Of a stretch of DNA of 64,000 nucleotides, positions 49,380 to 61,557 are shown one piece after another. The translations under genes were made by a program, and so were the position numbers. The DNA lies in contig NC_058382.1 of the NCBI RefSeq assembly GCF_018350175.1, forward strand, positions 58,096,001-58,160,000, given 5' to 3'. This stretch comes from Felis catus (Eukaryota). The first letter of the stretch is position 1, and the number at the start of each line of letters is the position of its first letter. Below the pieces are notes generated by a model. The model saw nothing but the letters and a program-made list of their open reading frames with translations. It was not told the DNA's origin and searched no databases.

Positions 49380-49598
49380 TCTTTTTTTTTTTTATTAATG
49401 TTTATTTTTGAGAGAGAGAGAGAGAGCGCGCGCAAACAGGGGAGGGGCAGAGAGAGAGGGAGACACAGAATCCGAAGCAGGCTCCAGGCTCCGAGCTGTC
49501 AGCACAGAGCCCGACGTGGAGGCTCGAACCCACGAACCGCGAGATCGTGACCTGAGCCGAAGTCGGACGCTTCACCGACGGGGCCCCCCAGGCGCCCC
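49380..49598 (-). mobile_element. Feline Can-SINE
   Basis: TSD tca(a/g)ggggcagatttctt at 49362-49379 and 49599-49616. Confidence 0.96.
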
Positions 49599-49844
49599 TC
49601 AGGGGGCAGATTTCTTATGTCCAGCGTTCAAACCCTGTGAGCTCGGCTCCGAGTTACAGGAGCCCGTCCAGGGTGGTCATGTGCAAAGCCTCTCCTGTCT
49701 AGCCCGACAGGCGGAGTGGCCAAAGGAAGAATGTCCAGGAGCCAGAGGAAGAGGGAAGCCACCTGGGGTGGACTGTGGCCCAGACCGCGGTGGGGGCGGG
49801 GGCGGTGGGGGGGGGAGCTTGCTCAGCCACAGCTGATCGCTGTT

Positions 49845-49990
49845 GCAAGATGGCGTGTGGCAAAATCTTTTTATTTTTTCAAGAGAAGCCAGAAGTCCAG
49901 ATTTTTCTGTCAAATCTGATTTTCAAATGTTGGCAACTAATGTGAATATACAATTCTCATGTTACCACAGGGCAAAAAAACACAGAAAAC
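49845..49990. mobile_element. Probable hAT/MER-type DNA transposon fragment
   Basis: ttttcaagagaagccagaagtccagattttt...aaatgttggcaactaat resembles an old MER family; subfamily uncertain. Confidence 0.45.
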
Positions 49991-50309
49991 CCCAACCGCA
50001 GAGCCTGCTTCTCTGATCCAAGCACCTGCCGGTCCCCCTCCCCCTCCCCCCCCCCCCATCTTGATCTTGATCCTTTGGGGCATCAGAGCTGGAAATTGGC
50101 CCCCGGAGGGGATGGGTGTGGGGTCTTCCCCCTGGCTCCCCTCTGACACCTGGCCTTGACTCTGAACCCGCCTCCCCAGAGCTCCCCATAGCGGCCTCGC
50201 CTTCCCCCCACCCCCTGAGCCCAGGGCAGGAGCCGGCTGCCTGGCACCCCCCAAGCGCCCAGAACCCAGAGGGCGTCGGGCCCCCTGGTCCCCCAGCCAC
50301 CCACGCACC

Positions 50310-50750
50310 CTCTCCTGACAGCTTTATCAAGCCTCCAGCCTTTCCAGCCCCATTGTTCCTGACATCTGTTTCGGTAAGTGATTAATTGCAATTAGCGAAC
50401 GGTTTGAAAGCCGGGAAGAATGCTCAGCAGAAAGCCCATCAAGATTAATGAGTGGCTGGGTTGTCAGGAGGGGGCATTGTAGACGCACCGCCGCAGCGGG
50501 ACCTGGGGGAGTCGCTGTCCTCCGCCCGGCAGGTGCCGGGAAGCAACGTGGAGGCGACGCCCCCACGCTCCACGCCCCCTACCTGCCCCCACAGCCCTCC
50601 TCCCCGATAAACGACCACTAGATGATTTCTCATCAAAATGCATGAATTACCCACTAATAGGCTATTAATAAAGCCCTTAGAGTGTCATAAGATTAGGTTC
50701 TGAGCATGCAGAATGGATTGCAGTGCTTCCAGAACATTCTGCCATTGGCT
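50310..50750. promoter_or_regulatory. Candidate enhancer (homeodomain/SOX/MEIS motifs)
   Basis: TGACAG, CATTGTT, palindrome TAATTGCAATTA (50383-50394), GATTAATG and CTATTAATAA (50662-50671). Confidence 0.55.
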
Positions 50751-51360
50751 GGCGCGGGAGCGCGCCCAGAGAGGGGAGGCGGGGGGCAGGGTCGCCTGCC
50801 CATGGCCCTTCCACCACCCGTGACATCACCAGTGGGGCCCAGCGAAGGGAAATCGCCCTTGAGGTAGGAATGCTCAGCTGCGCTCACCTCCCGTGGGTAG
50901 AGACCGCTTCGGCCGGGTGTGGCCCGCTGACCGCGCCCTCCGCCGTCTCGCAGCCTCCTGGCGCCCGAGCCGCGCGTCTCAGGCGGTGGTTGGCACGCGA
51001 GCACGCCCCGCGCAGGCCTCGCCCTCGTGTCCGTGTGCTGGGGCGCGTGCACACGCGTGTTGTCGCGTACCTCGCTTACAGTGGCGGGCGCCACGCCACC
51101 TCTGCGGTTACCCCTTCTGTGCACGGCCACGGCCCCCAGATCCCTTCTCTGCCCGTTTCTAAGGATCGTAGTTGTTCATCGAGGGACACGTATGTGTTGG
51201 GTGTTTTACAGGCATTGTCTGCGACGCTGTAGACGGGGAAACTGAGGCTGGGACCGTTTAAGCAGCAGGCCCCAGACACAGAGCGACAGAGTCGGGGCTG
51301 TCTCACTGGAGATTGAGCCTGGAAGTCCGGAGTCGTCACCCTGTGCATGGAAGGGCCTCT

Positions 51361-51465
51361 TGTTTTTGTTTCTTTCTAGTAGGCTCCGTGCCCAACACAG
51401 GGCTTGAACTCTTGACCCTGAGATTGAGAGTCACGGGCTCTACCAACTGAGCCAGCCAGGCGCCC
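51361..51465 (-). mobile_element. Older short carnivore SINE (SINEC_b/c-like)
   Basis: gggcttgaactcttgaccctgagattgagagtc...ctctaccaactgagccagccaggcgccc with degenerate TSD gaagg(g/t)cctc. Confidence 0.85.
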
Positions 51466-51739
51466 TCGAAGGTCCTCATTGTTTACCTTGTGCTTTTTCA
51501 GGTGTCCTTTGGGGCCTAGGTGGTGATAAATCTCCCTCTCCCAGAGACTCTTCTGGGGACATTGGAAGGGGGCCTGGAGATTCTGGGGGATTCAGAGCTC
51601 AGACTCCGGTATCGACCCAGGCAGATGCTGTTACTGAGCATGAACTGCAAGAGGGCAGGAAGTAATCGGGCCCGTGTGGGTTAAATACACCCCCGGCTTC
51701 GCCTATAGGCGCCATTTCCTTTTCATTTAGTCTCCCAAA

Positions 51740-51880
51740 ACCTGAATGAGGCAGCCCTTAGGCCCATTTTACAGACAAGGAAACTGAGGCTGTGGGAGGC
51801 CAAGTCACCTGGGACAGGTCACCAGACATAAACGGAGGACTGTGATTTGATCGCGCTCAGGTCTGTCTGATCTCAACCCC
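51740..51880 (-). mobile_element. MIR fragment
   Basis: cccattttacagacaaggaaactgaggct. Confidence 0.8.
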
Positions 51881-52934
51881 TGGGTTCCTTGGGTGGATGT
51901 TGGATGGACGGACGGATGGATGGTTGATGTTGGACGGATGTTGAGTGGATGTTGTTTGGTGACTAAATGGAAGAAAAGAAAACACTGGCTCTATGAGGGA
52001 AGGAAGAGCCATTCTTCCCATCTCCCTGGTGAGAAGGGATGAGGTGAGCACAAGTTCCGTAGGGTTGCGGCCCAACCCCTCACCGTACCAGGGAAGGAAC
52101 TGGCTCTCAGAAACAGGAAGGGACTTGCGGCCGCCCCGGGTCTGTCAACAGCAGATTTTGAGCGTGGCCTCATCCCTATAACATAACATCTGCCCACGCT
52201 GGGAGTCGCGTAAGGGTGTGTGCTCAGACGTCACCCAGTGGCACCAGGTCACGTTCCACCTTCAGGTTGTGGGGCTCCAAGGCCCAAGACCTCGGTGTTC
52301 CCCAGCTGCCCCAAAGAGGCAGGGGCGGGGGCTGCAGGGCCCTGAATCTCAGGGATATGTTTTGGAAATTTATTTAGTTTCTGGTGGCTTCCCCCCCCCC
52401 CCCAGGCCTTACCTGGATTGGGGTTAGCCCAGGGTTAGTGGGGAGGGGGGTGCGTTTGAAAGGTTGTGCCCTCTCTACCCTCTAACCCCACCCCTCCTCT
52501 GGGCTTCAGCAAGCATCCCTTGAAGGTAGCAGCAACTCAGTTCTGCAGGGGTTTTTCTTATCCTGATTTTACTGATAGGGAAACCACTCCGGGAGCGGGA
52601 GCTCAAGACCCTGGCCTCAGGACACACAGCTGATAACTGGCTCAACCAGATGCCTGCCCGGAGTTCTGGCTGGGGCATCAGCTCAGTCATTAACACTCTA
52701 GTGCGATTTTGTCAGCCTGAGCCTATCCCTGGGGTATTTACAGCTCCAGCTTGCTGTGGAGGGGAGGCATGAAAGCCGCTGGTGTGGGGGTGAGCCTGGG
52801 GCGGGGGTGGTTAACCTTTCCGGTTTCTGGGCAATCCCTTGTCTGGGCCCAGCCGCTGGGCCTCACTCACAGGTCCCGGGAGAGAGTCCCTCTCCTCTTG
52901 AACCGGGGCGAGAGCTGAAACTCTGGGTCCAGAG

Positions 52935-53600
52935 GGTTAAGGCGCGGACGGGGCAGCCCGGAGGGAGAAGGCTCTGACCTCCCGGGGAGTCCCCGGAGCC
53001 AGCTCCCGCCCCAGCCCGGCCAGCTGGGCGCGCGGCCCAAGCCCGGGAGGGCCCGTGGGCGCCGGCTTCGCCGCCGGAGGGGCGGGTCGGCGGCCTGGAG
53101 GGAGCCCCGCTGGCCGGGCGCCCTGGTTCCTGGGCAGGGACCCCACGCCGCGGCCTTCCCCGGGTGGGAGCCCGCCGCCGCCGCAGCCGTCCGCGGCGGG
53201 CGATCGGGGCCGGAGGGGCCATTGCGGGGGGGGGTGGGGTGGGGGGGTGGGGGGGGAGCTGGAGCGGACCCCGAGCCCATCAATAAGGGACATCTGCTTT
53301 AAGAGGTGGGGACAGGGAGGGGGAAGGTTACTGCCGGGGTCGCGCAGCCCCCGGCAACCCCCCGTACCTCCCCGGCGACTTTTGGCCTCGGAGCAGATGG
53401 CGGGGGCGGGGGGCGCGGGCGCGGGCGCAGACGGCCGGCCTCACGTGTTACCCCACCCACGAAATCCCAGGGGGGAGGGGAGCGAGGAAGCAGCCGCCTC
53501 CCCTCCCCCCTCCGGGGCCATCTGATCTTTCTCCCAGCGGACGCCTCCGCCCGCCCCCGAGGAGGCGCCTGGGGTCACAGAGGCCCCCTGCCCGCCCTCC
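52935..53600. promoter_or_regulatory. CpG island (orphan promoter/enhancer candidate)
   Basis: Densest CpG/GC-box block in the window by eye, non-repetitive, flanked by AT-rich motif islands. Confidence 0.65.
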
Positions 53601-54179
53601 AAACGATCCCCCGCCCCCAGAGGAAGTGGGGGGATGGGCGGGGAGAGCCCGAGGGGACCTTTTTACATGTAAATATGAGAACTGGCCTCCTGGAAAGGCT
53701 TTTTCCCTCCTCATTTTTATTTCGAGAAAGCCTGATGTTGCCAAGCCCGGGGCCTCCTGCTGGACCAGGAGGCTGCCGTCTGGTGCTAGGAAGGAGAAAT
53801 GAGGAAATAATGCCATCTAGGGAGCCGGCACCCACACCCCCCCCCCCAGAGGAGGGAGCTATATGTTTGCACAACCGGGTGGGCTCCACCCAGGAAGGGG
53901 GCGAGAGGGGGCAGGCCCTGAGGCCTGTTAGAAATCTGAGCCTAGGAGGGGAATCTGGGTTGGGCTCCCAAAGCTTCTACTCACTGCCTGCCGTCCGGGA
54001 CTCCGTCTGGCCTCAGTTTCCCCACCTGTAAAGCAAATGTGCTCTTGGTACACCTTTCTTCCGGCTGTGGGGGGTCAAGGCGCCGGGCGGGATGTCCCTG
54101 AGGCCGGATCCCAACCCCTAGGGCCCTAGGATGTTTGTCTAGTGACTGTGCCGTCTCTGGGCTGGGATCCATCCCCAGA

Positions 54180-54295
54180 TGCTTTAGCTGTGTGGTGTCG
54201 GGCAAGTCGCTGAGCCTCTCTGGGCCTCCAGCTTCCCGGATCGTAACAGTACTCACTCCCCTCACGCCGCAACAAATGATAAGCACCCTTCGTTA
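54180..54295 (+). mobile_element. MIR fragment
   Basis: tagctgtgtggtgtcgggcaagtcgctgagcctctctgggcctc. Confidence 0.65.
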
Positions 54296-54824
54296 TTTTC
54301 GTTACCGCTCAGTGTCTGCTTCCCTGAAGCTGTCCCAGGCTTGGGGAAGGGAGGTCTGTGCTCCGCATCCTGGAGGCTGCCGACCTCTGTCTGTGTCTCT
54401 GCTTGAATCGGACCCTGTGTTTGTGCCTCTGCCGCCCCCATCGGACCGAGCTCCTACTCGACACCCCCCTCTTTTCTACACTCCCTACAAGGCGTCTAAC
54501 ACATAGTAGGCACTTTATATAAACTTTGTGGAATGAGTGAATGAATGAGTGAACGAATGAATCCACGCATCTGACGTGAGGGGCTGCGAGCCCGGCCTGA
54601 GGGACCCTCGTGTTTGAGGGCCTCCTGGGCCTTTGCTCCTCTTGTGCAAAGTAGGGAGTGTGTTCTCCAGGGTGGGAGAGCAAGGAGGAGGGGCTGCGTC
54701 CTTGCCCAGTCCTGTGGGAACCCCCAGGCCCGCGCCGGAGCCTCCATGGAGGGCAGCTGTCCTCCACGGAGGTGGTGGCCCTGTTCATCGAACCCTCCCG
54801 AGACCCTCAGAGGTAGGTGCCAGC

Positions 54825-54930
54825 GTCCGCTTTCGCGGATGGGCAAACTGAGGCCCAGAACGGCCAAATCACTTGCCCAGGCTCTCACAGCTAGAAAGGA
54901 GAGGGCAGAACAGAAACTAAACAGCTCCTG
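54825..54930 (-). mobile_element. MIR fragment
   Basis: gatgggcaaactgaggcccaga...cacttgcccagg..cacagctag. Confidence 0.7.
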
Positions 54931-56039
54931 AGCTTACGTGTCCAGAATGCGGCGGGCATTCTCAGGGAGCGTCTGTGAAGTTGGTGACAAGACAGGGGGC
55001 CGAGCTCACAGAGCTGCGCCCAGGTCCGCGGGCGCCGAGGTCGTGTGCAGAGATGAAGGCCCAGAACCGGCCGGTGCGGGCAGCTGCTCCGGGCCCCCCA
55101 GCGTGGCCTCTGGCCTGCCCTCCACGCGGGCCACCTGGACAGGTGTTGGCCTGCGCCCCTGACCCGGGCCCTCCCCGTGCAGCGGGGCCAGCCGGGATCA
55201 CCCGCAGGCCCAGGGCAGCATTGCACCTCCCCGACCTCCCAGCTGGCCCCTGGAGACCCCCTGGCCTGGGCTGTCAGGGGTCACTGGCAGCCAGTCTGTC
55301 TGCAGGCCCCAGGGGCTGTGCCCTCCCCAGCCCTGCTCCCTCACCCGGTCCTGACCTGGACGGTGATTTATGTGGTGGCTGCAAAAGGCCACTTGAGGTG
55401 GGGCCTGGGGACAGGGGCCGGGACAGCCAGGAGGCGCCAAGGCTGACGGTGGAGGCCTGCCCCGTGACCCCGGGTGGCTGTGGGGACAGCAGCCCTGTGC
55501 AGCCTCCCCTGGGCACCACGGGGCCTTGACTCCCGCCATCTGGCTCTCCCGGTCCCGGAGGCGGGGAGCGCCCCCCATCACTGGCTCAAATGGCCGAGCG
55601 GCAGGAGGGGGAGAGACAGATGGCAGTGTGCCTGGAGAGGTAGAGGGTAGAATGCGTTCAGAAGCACTTGCAAGGGGGAGGGTGCGCCCCCGCCCCCACC
55701 AGGCGCCAGGCTGAGGCGCTTTGGAATTCTGGGCCTGTGTCAGTGGGGGGCAGGGTTCTGATGAGCCTGGGGGTCCGGACTTGCCGGATGAAGCCTCCGC
55801 ATCCCAGCACAGACACGGGTGAGCGTCCACACGCGTGCACGGGGACGGCCACACCTCCATACACAGGCACACAGGCACACGTTTGCAATACACGCAGACA
55901 ACGGCAGCTTCCCGTAACAGGTGGAATAAAATCCCAACTCCTTATGACACCTTAAATGCCTGGTGTGGTCCGGCAGCTCCAGTGCCCCCCCCCCCCAGCT
56001 ACCCCCACAAGGAGCCCCTGCTGCAACCCCACCGACGGC

Positions 56040-56300
56040 TTGTTCCAGCCTGAACAGAATATCTCGTTTCTGCCTCAGGGCCTTTGCACTTACCGTTCTA
56101 ATAGTCTGGTGCTCCCTTTCCCCTAGAGAGTCTTTGGTTGCTGAAGTTGTGTCGCTTAATTGTCTGGTTGTTTACTTTCTGGCTCCCCCAGCTCAGCATC
56201 AGCCCCATGCAGGCAGGCCTTCTGCCATATTCTCTGGGGCCCGGAAGAACCCGGTGCACGTGCGCAGTAGATGGTTGATAAATGTTTGTTGAGCGAATGC
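56040..56300 (+). mobile_element. L2 3' fragment
   Basis: ctgcctcagggcctttgcactt...gtagatggttgataaatgtttgttgagcgaatg. Confidence 0.7.
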
Positions 56301-56444
56301 ATAAAGGGTGTTGTGATGGACTCATTGGCCAGTTCAGAGCCGCCGGTGCGTTAGGAAGCAGGAGGTTGAACCTGACTGTGGAGGTAAACTGAGGCTGGCT
56401 GTGTGTAGCCAAGGATTCGTCCAGAATTTCAGGAGAGGGGTGTC

Positions 56445-56582
56445 TGTTCTCCCATCAGGGCTCGCCCTAAATCCAGGGCGATCGCGTCTCCAGACCCATC
56501 TGCAAAGACCGTATCTCCAAATAAAGTCCCCTTCTGAGGTTCCACGTGGATGTAATTTGGGGGGGGACGCTATTCAACCCTG
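56445..56582 (-). mobile_element. MLT1 LTR fragment
   Basis: ccctaaatccagg...catctgcaaagacc..tctccaaataaagtc...ttctgaggttcc...tattcaaccc. Confidence 0.7.
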
Positions 56583-57847
56583 CGTGGCCCCCATTCCCTT
56601 CTCCGCCTGCTGCTGCCTGCCACATGAGGGGCCCGGGGGCGGCCACCCTGCCCGCTGAGAAGACTTGACATCTCTCGAAGAGGGGAGGTCCAGCTTCCAC
56701 CCTGGGGGCCAAGGACAGGTCTCCCGGTGTGGCCCCCAGCAGGCTGAGGTGAAAAGGGGCTCCTTATTACCTGTCCCCACTCCACCAGGGGAAAGCTGCA
56801 GCCAGAGCCTGGAACTCTCCGGTCCCCGCTGTCCTGCGCAAAGACAGTCCGGTCTGCTGTGACCAGACCATGCTGCAGATGGTCAATGAGGACTGTGTAG
56901 CTCTCGGCCAAGCCATGGCCTGGGGCGCGTCACACGGGTCCCAGTCCTGGCCCCAGCTGTGTGACCTGCGGTCCGTTTCTTGACCTCTCTGTGCTGCTTT
57001 CCGATCTGAAACATAAAGATGGTGGGGGAGAGGACTATCGAAGGAGGAAGTGTGTGTACTTAGATCTGGGTCCGGCCCGAGGTAACGTTTACGTCGGAGT
57101 TAGGTGTTGTTACGATGGGCACAAACTGAAGCACCCTGGCAAAAAAAAAGAACAAAGCTACAGACAGAGGTGTAGGACGGACGAGGAGGCGAGTGTTAAC
57201 AATGTAGCCGGGCCGAGCGCAGCTGCCCTCCCGGCCCCCGTTTTGTGACCACGGGAGAGGCTGGGGCGGTAGGAGCCCCAGTGCTGCGAACCAGCCCGGC
57301 GAAAAAGTGTGCAGCCGGGTGACCTTGTGGCGGTTCCCAGCCTCTCTGAGCCACAGCTTCTGCCACGGGGGTGGCTGCGCCCACCTGTGTGCCTTGTGGC
57401 ACCCAGAAATGACACAGAGGCTTGGAGCGCCTATCTGGAAGCGGGGCAGGCCGGTTCGGGGCGGCAGGGAGGGGCGTTCCAGGCAACCGGAAGGGCCTAG
57501 GTCTCCCGAGGTGGCTGGAAAGGACTTTGGGAAGGCCGGAGCCCTGAACCCCGTAGGGGAGACCACAGAGACGCCTGGAAGGATGCTCAGTGCCTTTTCC
57601 AGATGCAGCCCCTCGTCCGGTCCGGCAGCATCCCTAAGGTGCGTGCTGTAGGAGGCCTGGTGAGTCTGGTTTCCTTGGAGAGCAGACACCGGGCCAGCCG
57701 GGAGGACCTGGGGTGGCAGGGTGTTCTGGTCGTTGCTCTGTTTCCTGGGCCGCAGCCCAAAGGGCAAAGGTCATGGCTCACAGTGCCACGGTGGCCCCTG
57801 GACCTCTGCAGGCTGCGGGGTGGGGGTGGGGCAAAACTTTCAGCCCC

Positions 57848-57996
57848 TACACACACGTGTGCACACACACACATGTACAGAGATTGTGCACACAGAGACC
57901 GATATGCACACACGCACGCAGACACGTACGTGCGCACACGGAGACGGGTCATGTGCGGAGACACGCGCGTGAACGCGCACGGGCACGCACGCGCGC
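57848..57996. repeat. Degenerate (CA/CG)n alternating tract
   Basis: acacacgtgtgcacacacac...acgcgcgtgaacgcgcac...gcacgcgcgc. Confidence 0.7.
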
Positions 57997-58099
57997 TGCA
58001 GCTGGGGCCCCGGGCTGGTGGAAAAGCTGGCTTCTCGACATAAACCTGTGGCAGCTGGAAGGACTGTGGAAGGCACCCGGCCTCAGGCCCGACCTCCCG

Positions 58100-58700
58100 T
58101 CCAGCCAGGGGGACCTCCCGCCCCTCCCTGTCGCCCCGGCCTCCGCGTGGGTGTCGATACCTGCGTCCCTCCCGCGGGCTTTCTTTCCGGGACCCGGTCT
58201 CCGGAGGCCCCGCCGGACGTCAGCCTGCAGGGGTCTGGGGCGGCTCCTGATTCCTGGGGCTCCCCCACCCCCCCCACTCCCTGCACGCCAGGAGGCTGCA
58301 CGGTGCCGTCTTTTCCGCACGCCTGGCCCTTGATCTTCCCTGGCTTTATCTTCCCGCCTGCATCGCCGTGGGCGCCCCACGGGGCCCCTTGCTCTGAGCC
58401 GCCTGGGCCGCGCGTTCGCACCCGGCCCTCCGCTCCCCCGCGGGGCTCTCTCCGCTCCGGGGAGCACCTGCCTCCTCGGGTCATTGGGGGCTCCGCACCG
58501 GGTGTGGTGGGCGCGGCTGTGAGCACCGTGGAGGGGGCCACCAGCTCCGCGGGAGGGGGCCGGGCGCGGGGGCAGCGCGTGAGCGCTGAGCGGGAGAGGG
58601 ACACGGGACCCCGCGTGCCCGGGGGGGCCCCCGCTCGCGGCCCTGCACAGGTGCAGGCCCAGATTCTGTTGAGCTAAGCTTTGCGTGGCGGGCGGCTGGC
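58100..58700. promoter_or_regulatory. CpG-island-like block
   Basis: High CpG density by eye, adjacent to a motif island at 58720-58850. Confidence 0.45.
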
Positions 58701-59084
58701 AGTGAGCTGCTGAGCCTTCCAAAGGTAGCAGCCATCTGCACCGTGATAAAAAGCCCCGAGGATGATAAATAGACAAGTCGCACTTTTATTGGATTGCAGT
58801 TCGGGACCAGCCACTTTGGGTTTGGCACTGTGTTAACGACAGATTTCTGCTTCCCTTGCAAGGCCTGGCCTCGCGGGGAGAGCGCCAGCAGCAGCGGCCT
58901 CCTCCTGGCGGGAGGGAGAGCTCCCCCTACCCCCTGGCCCTGGGCGGCTGGCCTGCCCCCCCTCCCCGCCCCCCCCAGTCCCCCTCCCCGCCCCTGTGGG
59001 TTTCTGCCGGGGGCCCACCTCACGGCCCCTGGGGTCAGGCCCAGCGAGGGGTTCACATCCCAGCCCTGACGCCTGCCGGCTGTG

Positions 59085-59250
59085 TGTCCTCGGCAGACCA
59101 GCTAACCTCTCTGTGCCCCATCTGTGAAATGGGCAAACACCGGCATGCACCAAACAGTCTTGGGAGGCTCTGTGAGTAATGGCTGCGTGCGTAGCATTTG
59201 GAAGAGCGCCTGGAGTACATACGGTGAGCGTTATGTAAATATTAGCTGCG
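59085..59250 (+). mobile_element. MIR fragment
   Basis: taacctctctgtgccccatctgtgaaatggg...gcgcctgg...taaatattagct. Confidence 0.75.
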
Positions 59251-61337
59251 GGTATCCGTGCCACCAGCATATCATTATCGTTGGGGTTCTTGCTTCCAGA
59301 GAGCCTGGCCCGGCCCTGGCATCGCACCGCAGGGGGCCGGGTGGGGTCAGGTCAGGGAAGGGGGGGCTCATTCCCGGGAGGACCCCCGCTCTCCCAGGAT
59401 GCCGAGCCCCCCCCCCCACTCCGTGCATCCGTGCACTCGTAGAGTAAAGGCTCTGGGAGGCAGTTGAGGTGCTCTGTGCCTCAGTTTCTCCAGGGGTCGA
59501 GAGAGGACAGTATCAGAAGTTCCCGCACAGTGTCGGTGACGGGCGTCAGTGGGATGGTCCGCGGTAACCTCAGGGGCCGGCGCCTGGCGCCCAGTAGGTA
59601 GGCGTCAACGGCGGCTCCTGGCGTGGGCGGGGTTTGGGATACTGGGGTGCCGGGGCGTCGGGGCAGGAATGAGAAGGGCACAAGGGCTGGCCCAGGGCAG
59701 GGCGCCTCACAGACGGCCACCAGTGGGTTTGCAGCACATGGGGGGCCAGGACCTGCCGTGTGCCCGGCCCTGGGGGCCGAAAGCTCAACCTGGGAGATGC
59801 GTGGACGGGACAGATGGAAGGTGGGACGGGGAGGTGGGGCACGTCAGCTGGCGATTCAGCCCGGGTTGCCTTGTCTGTGTCCCCGGGGCCCCTCCCGGGC
59901 CGGTCCTGCAGCTCTGCCTCCCGGCCTCTGCTGTCTGCACCTGACCTTCTTTTCTCTTCACCTTTCCCCCACCCTCAGCCCCTTCCGGAGCCCAGAGCCA
60001 TGCTCCTCGGTGCCCCCGACGACGTCAGGTGCTCTGTGTGCATGCCGCGCGCCCCACCGGGCTTCTGTTTTCGGCCAGGACGCGAGCCGGCACTCCGGGT
60101 TCTGACCCTGAGTGCGCCCCCAAGGCCCTGGACCCTCTCAGTGTCCAGGGAGCCAGGCCAGGCTCACCGGGCCTGCTCTCCGCCCAGACTTTAGTGGACG
60201 ACACGGTGGCAGTGTGCAGTCTGCCTCCACTCCCTTCGTGGCCCGGGGTCCCCAGCATGCGTCTTCCCCCCAAGAGGATTCTCCCTTCGGCCATCAGCAG
60301 CCGGGGCATTCCAGCATGCGGTGAGAGATGCCTCCAGAAGGGGGCCCGGCCCGCGTGAGTGAGTGGTGGCCAGCAGCTTGGGCTGCCGAGTTCAGATCCC
60401 GGCCTCACCCCTTGACCTTGGGGAGGCAACCTCTAGAGACCTTGGCTTTCCAATCTGGAAAGTGGGGCTGCTCCACGAACCGGCCACACGGGATGTGGGG
60501 GTGCTCGGGGACATGCCAGGCGTTTCCCCCCCTCCGCGGGGCAGACACCTGCCTCGGCCTGTCTCCCCGTTTCAACTTCACCGTGACCCCGCGGGTTGGC
60601 CGTCTTCCTGCTTCCCAGATGGGGCGAGCGAAGCTTTGCAGGGCTTAGAGCTTTTTCAGCATCTCCTGGTTAGCAAGCCGCAGGGAAGGGACGGAAACGC
60701 CATTTCCCCGCCCCCCAGGCCGCGGGTGAGTGCGGAAATGCTCCCGAGACGCAGCGAGCCAGGATTTTAGGTGTGAGGCCCGCCCACGGGGTGCCTTCCC
60801 AGGCACAGCTCTGAGACGCCGTGTACCCAGCCAGGACTCAGCCTGGTCAGCAAACTTCCAGAGAGAGGCCTCACCTGCTGTCACATACGCCCTCACGGCC
60901 AGGCTGCCGTGCTCTCTCCTGGTGGGGCCGACGCAGGGAGCAGCCGCCGGAACCAGGGGCCTGCTCTGTCTCCACCCTGGGGACCTGAGTGCAAGCCTTC
61001 GCGGCTGGCAAGCGAGGGCAGGGCAGCCTGGCGGCTAGCGACGCCGACTCCGCAGCCCGGCTCTCCTTCTGGAGCTGGCTCTGGGCCCCGTCACTCGTCC
61101 CTGGCCCGTCACCCTCTTTAGAAAAGGACGTACAGACCTCAAAAGCCAGATAAGAGCCATTCGGGTCCGAGCGTCTCCACCCCACTGTGCATTCGGACTG
61201 CCCGGGGAGCTCTGGAAGCGCGGCTGGGCCCAACCTCAGGGATCCCGCGGCGAGCTTCTGGGTCTTTCCGTAAGGTCCGCAGATGACTCCAGCGCGCAGG
61301 GAGGAGAACCCCTGACCTTCAGGAGCCTGTGCTCTGT

Positions 61338-61557
61338 ATTTATTTTTGTGTGTATGTGTGTGTGTACGTTTATTTATTTTTGAGAGACAGAGAGCAGGGA
61401 AGGGGCAGAGAGAGAGGGGGACACAGAATCCGAGGCGGGCTCCAGGCTCTGAGCCGTCAGCCCAGAGCCCGACGCGGGGCTCGAACCCACGGACCGTGAG
61501 ATCATGACCCGAGCCGAAGTTGGGCGCTCAACGGTCTGAGCCCCCCCCAGGGGCCCC
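61338..61557 (-). mobile_element. Feline Can-SINE
   Basis: TSD aggagcctg(t/g)gct at 61321-61333 and 61558-61570. Confidence 0.95.
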
